DNA of 55,267 nucleotides from contig MEDY01000360.1 of NCBI GenBank assembly GCA_001724265.1, positions 1-55,267 on the forward strand. Reading direction: 5' to 3'. Below the pieces are notes generated by a model. That model saw only the letters and a list, made by a program, of their open reading frames with translations, ran no database searches and was not told where the DNA came from. Below, piece by piece: positions 1 through 11,100 of the stretch. How positions within the stretch are numbered: position 1 is the first letter of the stretch; each line of letters opens with the position of its first letter. Both the position numbers and the translations under genes were made by a program. This stretch comes from Rhizaria sp. SCN 62-66. Taxonomy: Eukaryota.

Positions 1-84
1 GCCCTCGAGAAGGACTACGAGGAGGTCGGCTCCGACTCCGTCGAGGCTGGCGCTGAGGGCGATGAGGGCGATGGCGAGTACTAA
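1..84 (+). CDS. TUBA: alpha-tubulin, C-terminal end (partial, 5' part outside window)
   Basis: Frame 1 reads ALEKDYEEVGSDSVEAGAEGDEGDGEY-TAA, the diagnostic alpha-tubulin C-terminus with acidic tail and terminal Tyr. Stop is TAA (82-84). Confidence 0.97.
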   Translation, partial: ALEKDYEEVGSDSVEAGAEGDEGDGEY

Positions 85-1654
85 GTACTCTGCTGAGCTG
101 TCATTCTCTACTGCTGCTGTCTTAGCTCCCGTGTCTGCGTCTGCAGCACTTTCTTCATGAACAAGCGTGCTGAATAAGCATTTCTCTTTTGTTCTTTCTC
201 TTCACAAGAAAATACACTTACTAATCATTTGTGGCAAGTTTTGTGTTGTTTATTCATTTTCGTAACTGAAATGTGAATGATGTGTACAAAATGTATTTGT
301 TATTGATCCGTGGTTCTAAGAAGTAGGACAAAATTAACAATAATTGTCAGTGCACGCGGAACCAACTTGGTGCGTGTATACGTTTGTAAACAGTAGTTAC
401 TTCCTGCTATACTTCAAAAATGCATGCACTGAATACGTGCATACACATGTGATACAACAAATACATCAGTTATAATATATGGTGTCACCCTTGTCCGATT
501 TGCGTCCGCGAAAATGGTGCGAGGTTGTGTATTAAACAAATATGATGGTGGTGTGGTAGTGTTGAAGAGTAAGCTGGCAGTGTTCTGTGCTGTTCTGATA
601 TTAGTGTCACAACCTGTTGACTTAAAAATACGAGATACTGGTAACGTGGGAGTCTGGAAGGTATAGCTTGTTTTGGTGTGTAACGATACATAATGTGGTC
701 GCACACGTTGTTGTCGGTGAAGAGCTGTTACAGCGCAAACATGTTGAGTGTCAGTGCTCCAAAAGCACTGAGAGACACTAATTTGATGCAATACATCTGA
801 CAGACGTAAACCTTAAGACATCAAACAGCCGTGTGCTAGGTGAATTATCAGCAAGCTACTCAGAAAGAAGTCAAAATCGAGTGTGAAATTGAAAATTATT
901 ATTAAAAAATAAGTATGATACGATGGGTCCGATCATGGGTGTGGTAGATATCTACAAAAGAAACAACATAAAAACATATGAACGTTTTTAAATGAAAACC
1001 TGGGTTGGACTGAAAACAAGAGGGAGAAAAAGATACGTGTACATTTGACGAAAAAGCAACTGTTACGAATCGTAAAACGGGATGTGAGGGAGTGTGTGAG
1101 CAATATGACATATGCTAACCATGGCTATAATTGAATGAGCAGTTTGATTTTGTCGTTTGATTGGATGAGTAATATTGAACATAAAGGTTCACAACGACTG
1201 AAACTGCAGTTTGTCCAGAGCACAAAGAAATAAGACAAGAGCCGAGTTGAGCTACAAAGCAATTATTACTACTTGTGCCTAGCAATCTACTGCAGAGAAA
1301 ACGAACAGAACAAAACGAAATTAGTGGGGAAAGTACCAACAACAATGATGGCGTAAAGCAAAAGGCGGCAAAAAAGACAGAAAAGAAAGAAAAGAAGGGA
1401 ATAAAAGAAAGAAAGAACGAAGAAGAAACAAAAAGACGGTGCTCACGCAGTCACGTAGACCATGATCACAGAGACCACGATAATGTGACAAAATGCAGTG
1501 ACACACGATTGCAGTCCAACGTAAGGAGCAGTATCACTTAGTACTGCGTTGTTATAGTGTCCGCTGATAAGAAATGTGAACTTGAAGTAAGATTGTACAA
1601 ACACGCAGTAAACGCCGCGTACATATGAGATCTTTTTATAAAAACACACTGTGA

Positions 1655-2540
1655 TTACGATTGCGACTGTACGTTGCGGCTGTTGTTATCACTGGGGCCT
1701 CCAATGCTGCCGCCGCTGCCGCTGCCGCTACCGCTGCTACCGCCGCCACCGCGACGGCGGGCGCTTTGCACAGCGTAGCCGTCACTACTGCTCTGCGACT
1801 GGTGACCATGGCTGCTGCTGTGACTCGATTGCCCACGCGGGCGCTGCTGCTGCTGCTGCTGGTGGTGATTATGGTGCTGTTGGCGCGGTTGTGGATATTC
1901 GTGGCCGCGAGCAGAATCACGCGTGTGCGCGCTACTACCTCCGTGCGGCTGTTGACTGTTGCGAGGGTAGTGACCGTGAGCATGTCCGTGACCGTGAGCA
2001 GCAGCAGAGTGACCGTAAGCGCCCGCATCAGCAGGCACGTAGTAACGACCATGAACAGGAGCGTGACTGTGCGCAGCGTGACCGTGCGCAGCGTGAGCGC
2101 GAGTGTGACCGTGAGCAGCCGAATGACCGTGAGCCACAGAGTGACTGTGAGCAGCATAGTTGTGACCTTGCGCATGCGGCGAACACGCACCATGACTCTG
2201 CGTCATAGACAGAGGTACTGGCACTGGCACAGACACGGCACCGCCCGAGTGCGACGCCGGCGCGGCGGCAGTCTGCGACGCGGGGAGATACGCTGGCATG
2301 CGCCCGCCAGTCGCAGTGCCAGCGGCACCGGTCGGTCCGGCCACAGCCAAGACACCGGCACCGGCAGCGACAGGAGCAGGAGGGGCGGCGCCGACGGGGA
2401 CGAGCCCGTGGGGACCGTATCCGGGAGAGGGAGAAGAAACGGGGATGTAGGCAATCGTCGGGGCGATAGCATATGCCGGCTGCTGATGGCCGTCATAAAT
2501 TGAAGGATACGGGTAGCGGCTTGGGTACGCTCGGCCCCCG

Positions 2541-2573
<33 letters not shown>

Positions 2574-5500
2574 GTGTGGGTGTGTTGACGCACGTCGGGT
2601 CCGCTGCTGCAGCTAATGTAGCCGCGACTGGAGGCGTTATGGTGGCTGCTGCGGCCGCCACCGCCGCCGCCGCCGCCGCCACCGCCGCCGCGGCCGGCGT
2701 ATGGCCCGCCTGCGCTGGCGTTGCGCGCTGGGTCCTGCCCTGCTGCGTACGCGCCGTCTGATGTACCCGTAGCACTTGTGACGCCACCGACACCAGGAGG
2801 ATGCGCCGACGCGCCTCCGTAACCGCTAGCAGCACCACCAGCAACAGCGGCGGCCGCGGCAGCGGCGGCAGCAGAGTCAGGTGTCCAAGGCTGGTGTTGC
2901 TGTTGCTGCTGCACTTGCAACCACAGCAAATGCTGAGCGTGGTGGTGCGGCTGCATGTGCGCCTGCTGCTGCTGCTGCTGTTGTTGTTGCAAGTGTTGTT
3001 GGTGTGGTGGCGCCGGCGGCTGGTGCGACTGCTGGTGTTGATACGGCTGCAGCAGGGGCGGGATCGAGTGGGAACTGCTGGGACCAGGTGCTGCGGCCGG
3101 ATGACCGTAGCTGGGACCGCGACTGTAACCGCGCTGCCTGTGCCCGTGACCGTGAGCAGAGTGACCGTGAGCAGCAACGTGACCGTGGGCAGCGGCGTGA
3201 CCGTGGCCGTGACCATGCTGATTGTGACTGAGACTCGACGCCGGGCTCTGCGCCGGTGTTTGCGGATACGACCACTGAGCAGCAGCAGCGTCACCATACG
3301 AATATACACGAGGTTGCGACTGCGCAGCCCCTCCATATGCGTATGCATCCACATACGCCGCTGGGGGTGTGATGGACTTGGCAATCGCGCCTGCGCCGGC
3401 GGCAGCGCCAGCAGCTGTCGCGGTTGCAGGTGTAGCAACACTGGAAACAGCAGAATTACCAGTGTTCGTGGGTGATGTTGTGGGGACAACGCTGGAAAAC
3501 GCGTCGTGGCCGAGCCACCGTCTGTTGTCATGATGTTGCTGCGCTGTATACTGTGTTGCCTGCCCCGAAAGCTGCACGGATAAACTGAATTTACCGTGCT
3601 GCCGCTACTGCTGCTGCTGTTGTTGTTGCTGTTGCTGAGAGAACTTGTCGCTATACCGTTGTTCATGTCCATAGCCGTGACCGTGTCCGTGCCCGCGGCC
3701 TTGACCGTGTCCGTGCGTTTGACTGCGTGCAGAGCCGGGCCTTGCAGAGCCACCGCCGCGGACACGCGAGTAACCGCCGCTGCCACCACCGTGCCCGTGA
3801 CCGTGACCTTGACCGCAGTGACCGTGGCCGTGGTCGCCGTGTCTGGCGCTTCGCGCCTCCGCACGGCGCGACTCACTCTTGCTCTTACGCTGGACCAGAT
3901 AGCCGTACACACGCGCTTCCGCCTCGCCGCTGAGAGCGCGGAATGTCGCGATCAGAGGGGCGGGCTCGAGGGGCGCCGTTGCACTGCTACCGTCAGCCCT
4001 CGCTCTGGCACTTGCGCTCGCACTCGCGCTCGCACGGGCACTGGCAATAGCACTGGCACTGGCGCCCGCAGTAGGAGCAGAGGCGGCGTCAGCGTTGGCG
4101 CTGGCACTGCTGTTAGCGTCCGCGTTTGTTGCCGCCATGGCTTCGAGACTGAAGGTGGCGGCAACAGGGCTCGCGAGCGCGCTGTCTTTACGGCCGTCGC
4201 CGTCGCCGTCGCCGTCCTCGTGCGTTTCAAGATCAGTAAGCGTTGAAAACGTGTCGTCGCCGTCAGTGTGTTCGCTCTTCGCGCCGCGACCGTCACCGGC
4301 GCTCGCGTCGTCGCCCGCACTCTGCCCAGCGCCGCCGACGACAGCAGCGTCGCCGCCGCCACCGTCACCGCCGGCTCCGACGCTGTCACGTGACGAGTAC
4401 ATCGCAGCGGCACCGGCACTAGTGTTATCGCTCTTTTTGTCGCTCTCACCCGCGGCGGCCTTGGTGTGGCTGTCGCTGGGGCTGCTCTTGCTGCTGGCCT
4501 TGCTGTCGGCCTTGCTGCCGGCTTTATGCCCGCCGCCGCTGTTGTTGCTGCGGACAGCGGTGCGGTGCGTCGTGCGGACAAGCGCCGGGAGCGTGTTTAA
4601 GTGCGCGACGAGGTCTGACGCGGGCGGCGCACGCCGACCGTCGAGGATAACGTTCGCAAACAGGTTGCCGGGCTTGTAGCTGATAAGGCGCACGATTGGA
4701 CGCTGCTGCTGCTGCTGTTGTTGCGGCGGCGGCGGCGACAGCTGCGGTGACGGCGACGGCTGCGGGTGCTGCAGGTGTTGATGATGCAAGCCTTCGGTGG
4801 CAGCGGCTGGAGCCGCGAAAGCGGCGATGGGGCGCTCTGAAGCAGCTAGCGGGTGGCGCTGCTGTTCGGATTGGCGCTCGCTGGGTTGTTCGTCAGCAGT
4901 GCTGTTAGCGTTGCTGTTGACGTTGCTGCTGGTGGTGCTGTTGTTGTTCTCGTGCGCAGCTGTTGCGTCAGCTGCAGAGTCTCTGTCCGCCGCGGAAACA
5001 GCGGCACTTGCAGCAGCACTCGCAGAAGCAGCGGCGGCAGCAGCGGCAGCGGTCGCCGCGGCAGCGTTGGCAGCGACGACCGCTGCCTTGATGCAGACTG
5101 AGATGAGCCTACGCACAGTCCGCGCGTCGCCGCACACGTTGCTCACCTTCAGCAAGCAGCCGGGGACAAACCGCAGCGGCTCACCGTCACTAGCGGTGAT
5201 TTCGAAGGCGGCAGCGAGGCGGGCGTCGTGGGCCTCAGCGTTTGCGACGGCGTTATGGTCATTGTGGCTAGCGTCGCTGTAAACACCGAGGGCGCTGGGA
5301 ACGGAGTCTTCGCTCCCATGCGCGTGCGTGTGCGCCTCGGAAGCGGAGTCAGCGGCACTCTAAGACGCATCGGTGTCAGAGCTGTCAGGTGCGAGGCCGA
5401 GGCCGCTCAGCGCGGCGCTTTCGTAGAGCGCTGCAGGGTAGAGCGTCAGAGTGCGCTTTTCTGCGTTGGGAGGCGAAACGCGTGACACTGTTTGGTTGTC

Positions 5501-6178
5501 CCCCGTAACATCCGCGTCTTGCTCTGAAATCGCGGGTGCAGTAACTTCACTCCCTTGGAGGTTGGAAACCGCAGCAATGGCATCATCGGACGACACAAAG
5601 ACCAGCCACGCTGAGGGGTGTGGTAAAGTGTTATGAGTTGTTAGGACGGAGGCTGATTCAGCGCTGACCTAGTCAGCCGCGTGTACTGACTGTGAATAGT
5701 CAGTTGTGGAGCTGTTAGGCATGCTTTGCGCCACAATTGTAGTTGCGGTAGAGTCTTTTACGCTAGAAATCTGGTCCTGCGAGGCAAATACGATGTTTAC
5801 GAGAGAAAGCCCCTGGGTGTCAAAGAAGGAGCGAGCGTACTCAAATCGCTGCCACTCTGCGGGGAAACCCTACACAAGCACGGTGTGCGCAACAATATCG
5901 AGCTGCGAGGGAGCGTAAGGCACTGTGCGGAAGACGTGTAGGTTGTCTGCAGTGACAGCGATCAGCGAGGACGCATGTAGAGCGTCTGCAAGCTCCGGTG
6001 CGGAGTTGGTGATGTTGCGAATGCTGTCGTAGCTTAACAGTACCGACAGCGGGACAACACCGCATGACCCGGGCGTAAAAAGATTACGCAGCGAGGCCGA
6101 ACTTGCAATGCTAGCGTCGCAGAGCAAATTCTCAACCAGTGTGCGCAGTGTACGCTGCTGGTGGAGCAAGAGCGGCAT
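1655..6178 (-). CDS. La-related (LARP7/p65-like) RNA-binding protein, paralogue 1: divergent La motif + RRM1 + split xRRM + Q/H/G-rich tail; about 1507 aa if 4 in-frame TAG are read as sense
   Basis: ATG at 6178 in GCCACCATG context with an in-frame TGA just upstream. ORF-track pieces 5870-6178, 5360-5596, 3605-5155 and 1655-3577 share one frame, interrupted only by TAG at 5870, 5669, 5360 and 3605; ends TAA 1655. La-motif-like LVENLLCDASI..GVVPLSVLLSYDSIRNIT..LADALHASSLIAVTADNLHVFR; RRM1-like HTVLV*GFP..AWLVFVSSDDAIAAV; xRRM-like [49 protein letters not shown]. Confidence 0.8.
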
Positions 6179-8136
6179 GGTGGCTCAAGGAGTAACACTC
6201 ACGACGCTTGCACCGTCGATTTGCTGCCGAGATTGCGCTGAAAAAGAAGCATAAGAAGACAAAAGTACGGCGGAATGAATGAAATCGATATAACAAACAA
6301 AGAGCATGGGCATGGTTGCGCATTCAGAGACATTTAGCGTGACTGAGTGTGATGTTCCGGTGCGTGGTCTTGACACCCGCAGCCGACCCAACGGCTTTGT
6401 TGCCTAGACGAGCTGCATCGAGCTCGAATTTCGCAGGAACAAAATCGCGTATTTGAAATATAAGCAATCGTTGGGGTGTGTTTGTTGGCATAGACGTCGT
6501 TAATGCGTGCAGGGTGTTAAAACATGGCATGGTCTCGCTAATAAGACGGAAGAATGACACTTTTCCAGGCCATGCGCGAGCTGGGCATCCCCGTTTGAGC
6601 GTCGACGCATTGCAGCGCATACCGCCTCGTTAAAGGAGATAAAAGCGTAACAACAAGGGCTGGATGGAAAAATAGCATCTTTTCAACATGTTGATCTGAT
6701 TGTGATCACGTGTTGTGTCCCTATATTGCCACGTTTCTGGTTCTCGGCAACCCCCACCGACCCACGCTGCGCGACTTGTCACCGTCACTTTTTGGTGACA
6801 AATTGTGACGAACTTGCTTCGCGATATAGACGTTGTTTCAACTGGCGAAACAAATGCTTAAAATGTATCCAATAAGAACGATCATGAATTGAGTGTTTAT
6901 TGTACGTCTTCGTTGCCGATTGTTAGCTATGACCACAGTACATAATACATGTCAAAGTGTCCAATATATGTGTCAATGTCAAGACTGAAAGACAGACTGC
7001 ATTTGCACGAGGAGTTCCGTGTTTTTCCGTCGGCATTACTGAGCCAACTGCAAACACGCGCGCTGACTAAGTGGACGAGGGGATAAGTGGCAGTAACAAT
7101 GCGTTAGGTGAAGCAAAAAGTCAACAAGAAGTCTGGCGTGCTGCGACAGCTACGCAAAACGTCCAGTGACAGTGAAGAGGGGAAGTGACAAGACTAAAGG
7201 GTTAATGAAGGAGTGAATGAGCCTTCTGCAAGCAAACCATGAAACTAGGATATTTTGATATATGTGCGCGAACCAACAAGCGTTCGGTAGCAGCATCATA
7301 TCAACAATTGTGAGTGTGTAGCTTGTCTGGCAAAGGTTAAGGTCGTATGAGGATGTGGGAGAATCATCCACGAGTTGGGTGAATTAAAAAAAAAACAGCT
7401 TATTCAACGACAACAAAAAAGATAAAATTACACAGATCTGACAAGATACAAGGAGACCATTGAACAGGATAGACAAGAATAAGCAGATAGACTTGTAAAA
7501 TTGACCACAAGAGCATGGCGAATCTGAGCGCATGCAAGTGTGACTCAGAAGAAGAAAAAAAATTATGAGAAGTATGATACAGTGGCCCAGAGCAAAAGGC
7601 GAGCTAGTTTGCTTTGCAACAGCACGCGCAAACACACCCATGCAAGTTACGACAGTAGCAGGAGCAGCTGTGCAGTTTTCGCTTCTGGAAAGGAGGGGAG
7701 ACAGAATCAGTGCAGAAAGGGTCTAAAGTTTATGGCACAGTAATAATGAGACACGCGCGGGCTTCTCTTCACGATCGCTAAGAAGCCGCGGGAATCGAGA
7801 AGGAAGCAAAGGGAGCCAAGGGAGGCAAAGGGATTGAAGAACGGAAGCAACAGAGTTTAAAAAAAGCAGCTCACATGCGCTGCGTTACGAGAGTTGCTCA
7901 CTGCTTGCTACAAGTGCTGTTGTCATGGTCATGGTGAGCGTCACTGGTGAGCGTCACTGTAACTTCGGTCCCGTGTGAGACTGTGACTTCAATCCAGCGT
8001 GAAACTGCGATTGTGGCTGTGACACAGACTGCGTCCGAGAGCGATCTTGGGACTGAGACTGAGACTGAGTCTGCGGGCAAGTCTGCGGGAGTGGTTGCGA
8101 CGGGAACTGAGACTTGGTCCTGGCTGTGAAAGATTA

Positions 8137-11100
8137 TTATTGATGCGGGTAGTTAGGAGGTCCATGCTGTTGCAGCACATAAAGCTGTTGTTGATGCTAC
8201 AATTGCGGCTGCATATGCACAAAATGTTGCGGCACGTGCTGATGATGCACCTGGGGCACAGCTTGGGGCAGAGGGTGATATTGCTGGGAATGCGGCTGCT
8301 GCTGCTGCTGCTGTTGATACTGCTGGTGGTGGCTCTGGCGCTGATGCTGATGTGAATGCCCACGCTGCCGCGCCGCCCCTGTGTTGTGACTCTGGACCTG
8401 GCTCTGGCCGTGGCCGCGACTGCTGTTGCGGCCCAAGGGGCGCTGCCCGTGACCGTGCCCGTGACCGTGAGTAAGACCGTGACTGTGACTGCGCTGGTGT
8501 GCTCCACGGCCCTGCTTGGGCTGCTTTTGCTGCTGCATACGCTGAGGCTGGGGCTGAGGCTGGGGTTGAGGCTAAGGATGAAGCTGATGTTGCAGAGGCT
8601 GAGGCTGGGGCTGGGCCTGGTGCTGAGGCAACGGCTGCTGTGGCGGGGAAAGCTGCTGATGCTGCCTGCTTCCACTGGTACGGCGCTGCTGTGTATACGG
8701 CGACAGACCGCTGGGGACCCGGCTCAGATCCGACCGTAGCATCTGCGACGGCGACTGCAACAGTCGTGCTTCTGCCTGAGCCAGCGTCTGAGCCTGATCC
8801 TGGGGTTGAACCTAAGCCTGGGCCTGGGTCTGAGTTTGAGCCTGCGGCTGCGGCTGCTGAGGGTGAGTCTGAGAGTGAATATGGAGCAAAGTCGGCGACG
8901 GCGCCCGCACCGGCAATGCAGACGACTGTGAATCCGCGTCCACGTGCTCCTCATCATGCGCGTCCGGCGAGTACTCATCAGGTAACTCGTGGTGTGACTC
9001 GCCGTGAGGCGGGTACGCATGGTGTGGACACGTGTGGGCGTTATAATGCTGCGGATATCCAGCTTGCTGCAGCGACTGTGACAGAGGCGGCTGCGGTGGC
9101 AGAGCAAGCTCCAGTGACGTGCCTTCCGACAACGCCAACAATGGCGTCTGTGAAGGCACATACTGGTAATGATACAGCTTCTGCTGCTGATGCTAATGCT
9201 GATGCTGGTGGTGTTGCTGAAAATGCTGCTAGTGTTGTTGCGAGTTCGCGTGCGATTGAGAGTGCGACCGCGCGCGACGCAGTCCGGAACGACTACTCTG
9301 CTGTTGGTGCTGCCGTTGATGCTGACCCTGGTGATGATGCTGTTGCTGATACGGTTGCATGTGATGTGACGCCCCAGGCGACCAATGCTGCGGGTGCTGT
9401 TGATGCTGATGTACGGAAGGTCCCGATGCGACGACAGAATACAGCACAGGCTGCTGCTGCAACGGCAGCAAAGTCTGAGCATGCGTCGTCTCATTTCCAG
9501 CACTTCCAACAGTCGCCGCAGCGGATGCGGGGGCCGCGGCAGCAGCACCGGCAGCAGAGGCAGCGGCGGCAGAGCCGAGGCTTGCAGAGGAATGCACATA
9601 CACCGTAGGCGGCTGCGCGGCGTGAGCGTAGACATACGTCGGACCGTTCGCGTACTCGCGACCGTGAGCAACTGCATGACCGTGGGGGTGGCCGTGAGCA
9701 GCGGAGTGACCGTGGGCAACGTAGTGACCGTGGGCAGGCGGTGCAGCGTGTGCGTACGGCGACAAGCTCTGCTCATGCTGCTGCTGCTGCTGTTGAGTCT
9801 GGGGAGGCTGCTGAGATTGCTGAAGCTGTTGAGGTTGTGGTGCATGGTTATAGTCGTGCGGATGCGTGTGTGCGGGTGGAGGAGTCTGCAGCAAGATATA
9901 CGCTTGCAGTGGCTGCAGCGGCGGTTGCTGTTGTTGCTGCAACTGCGCCTGTGCCTGAGCTTGAGCCTGAACCCGTGCCTGGGCCTGTGACAGCAGCGGA
10001 GGAAGCTGAGGAGTCGTTGGCGACGGCGAGGCTTGTTGCTGATGTTGTTGTTGCGGCTGCTGGTGCTGATGACGGTAATGCTGTGCAAGGGCGTGGTCAA
10101 CATGGTATTGCTCAGTCGGCTGCAGGTAATAATGCGCCGGCGCCTGAGTGTGATTCGCTTGGGTCTGCGCGTGGGCCTGAGCCTGCACCTGAGCCTGATT
10201 AGCCTGCACCTGCACATGATGGGCCTGAGTCTGCGCATGTTGAGCCTGAGCCTGTGCGTGTGCGTGTGCGTGGGCTTGAGCCTGGTATACCTGCGCCTGC
10301 GCCTGAACCTGCGCATGTGCACGTGCCTGCGCCTGAGCCAGGGCCTGGGCTTGAGCTTGGGCCGGGGCTCGATTGTGTGCGTGAGCCTGTGCTTGCAAGT
10401 CAGCAGACGAAAGCGGGGGGCCAAAGTGACCGTGAGCGTGCGCAATATCCTGACTGTGGCTGTCGGCGTGATCATGGTGCCCGTAACTGGTGGGACCACC
10501 GTGACCGTGAGCAGAGTGACTGTGGGCGGAGTGACCGTGAGCAGCGTAGCTGTGACCATGGCTGAAGCCGAGACCGAGACTGCGTGCGCGTGCATGTGCA
10601 GGCACGGGGCGTTCACGACCACCACGGAAGCTCTGTTGCTTTTGACGCTGCTGCTGCTGTTGCTGTTGCTGTCGCTGCTGTTGGTGGTGCGCAAAAGAGC
10701 GGTTCTGCTTGTGCTACGTTTGATGCAGAAGCTTTAGCTGCGGGTCAGTAGAGGCCACAGGAGTTAGCGCATGTTGTTGTTGCTGTTGCTTAGACTTCTG
10801 CGTTCGCTTTTGCTGATGCTGCTGTAGCTGTTGTTGCTGCGTCTCAATCTGCAGTCTTAACTCATACTGCTCGTGTCGCTGCTGCTTGTGCAGCTTTTGC
10901 TGTTCAACACACTGCAACATCAACGAATGCAGTTGAGCACGCATCATCGACTCGGTGGCATCGTCAGGCGTACCAGAGTCGTGAGCCAGCTGCTGCTGTT
11001 GGTGTTGGTCTTGCTTTTGCTCTTGCGATTGCTTCTAGTCGAGCTCGAGCGTGTGACCTGCCGCAACAGCACTCGACATCAAGTTCACAGCTGTACCCGT

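Noticed and set aside
82-96. Ciliate-type code with both TAA and TAG = Gln
   Set aside because: Alpha-tubulin ends exactly at its canonical terminal Tyr with TAA, and the PDR transporter and PABP also end at expected positions with TAA.
8197-11037. A-to-I editing (UAG>Trp), pyrrolysine, or programmed readthrough as the explanation
   Set aside because: Contexts call for Gln rather than Trp; up to 8 sites per mRNA with no shared flanking motif; no pyl genes and a eukaryotic context.
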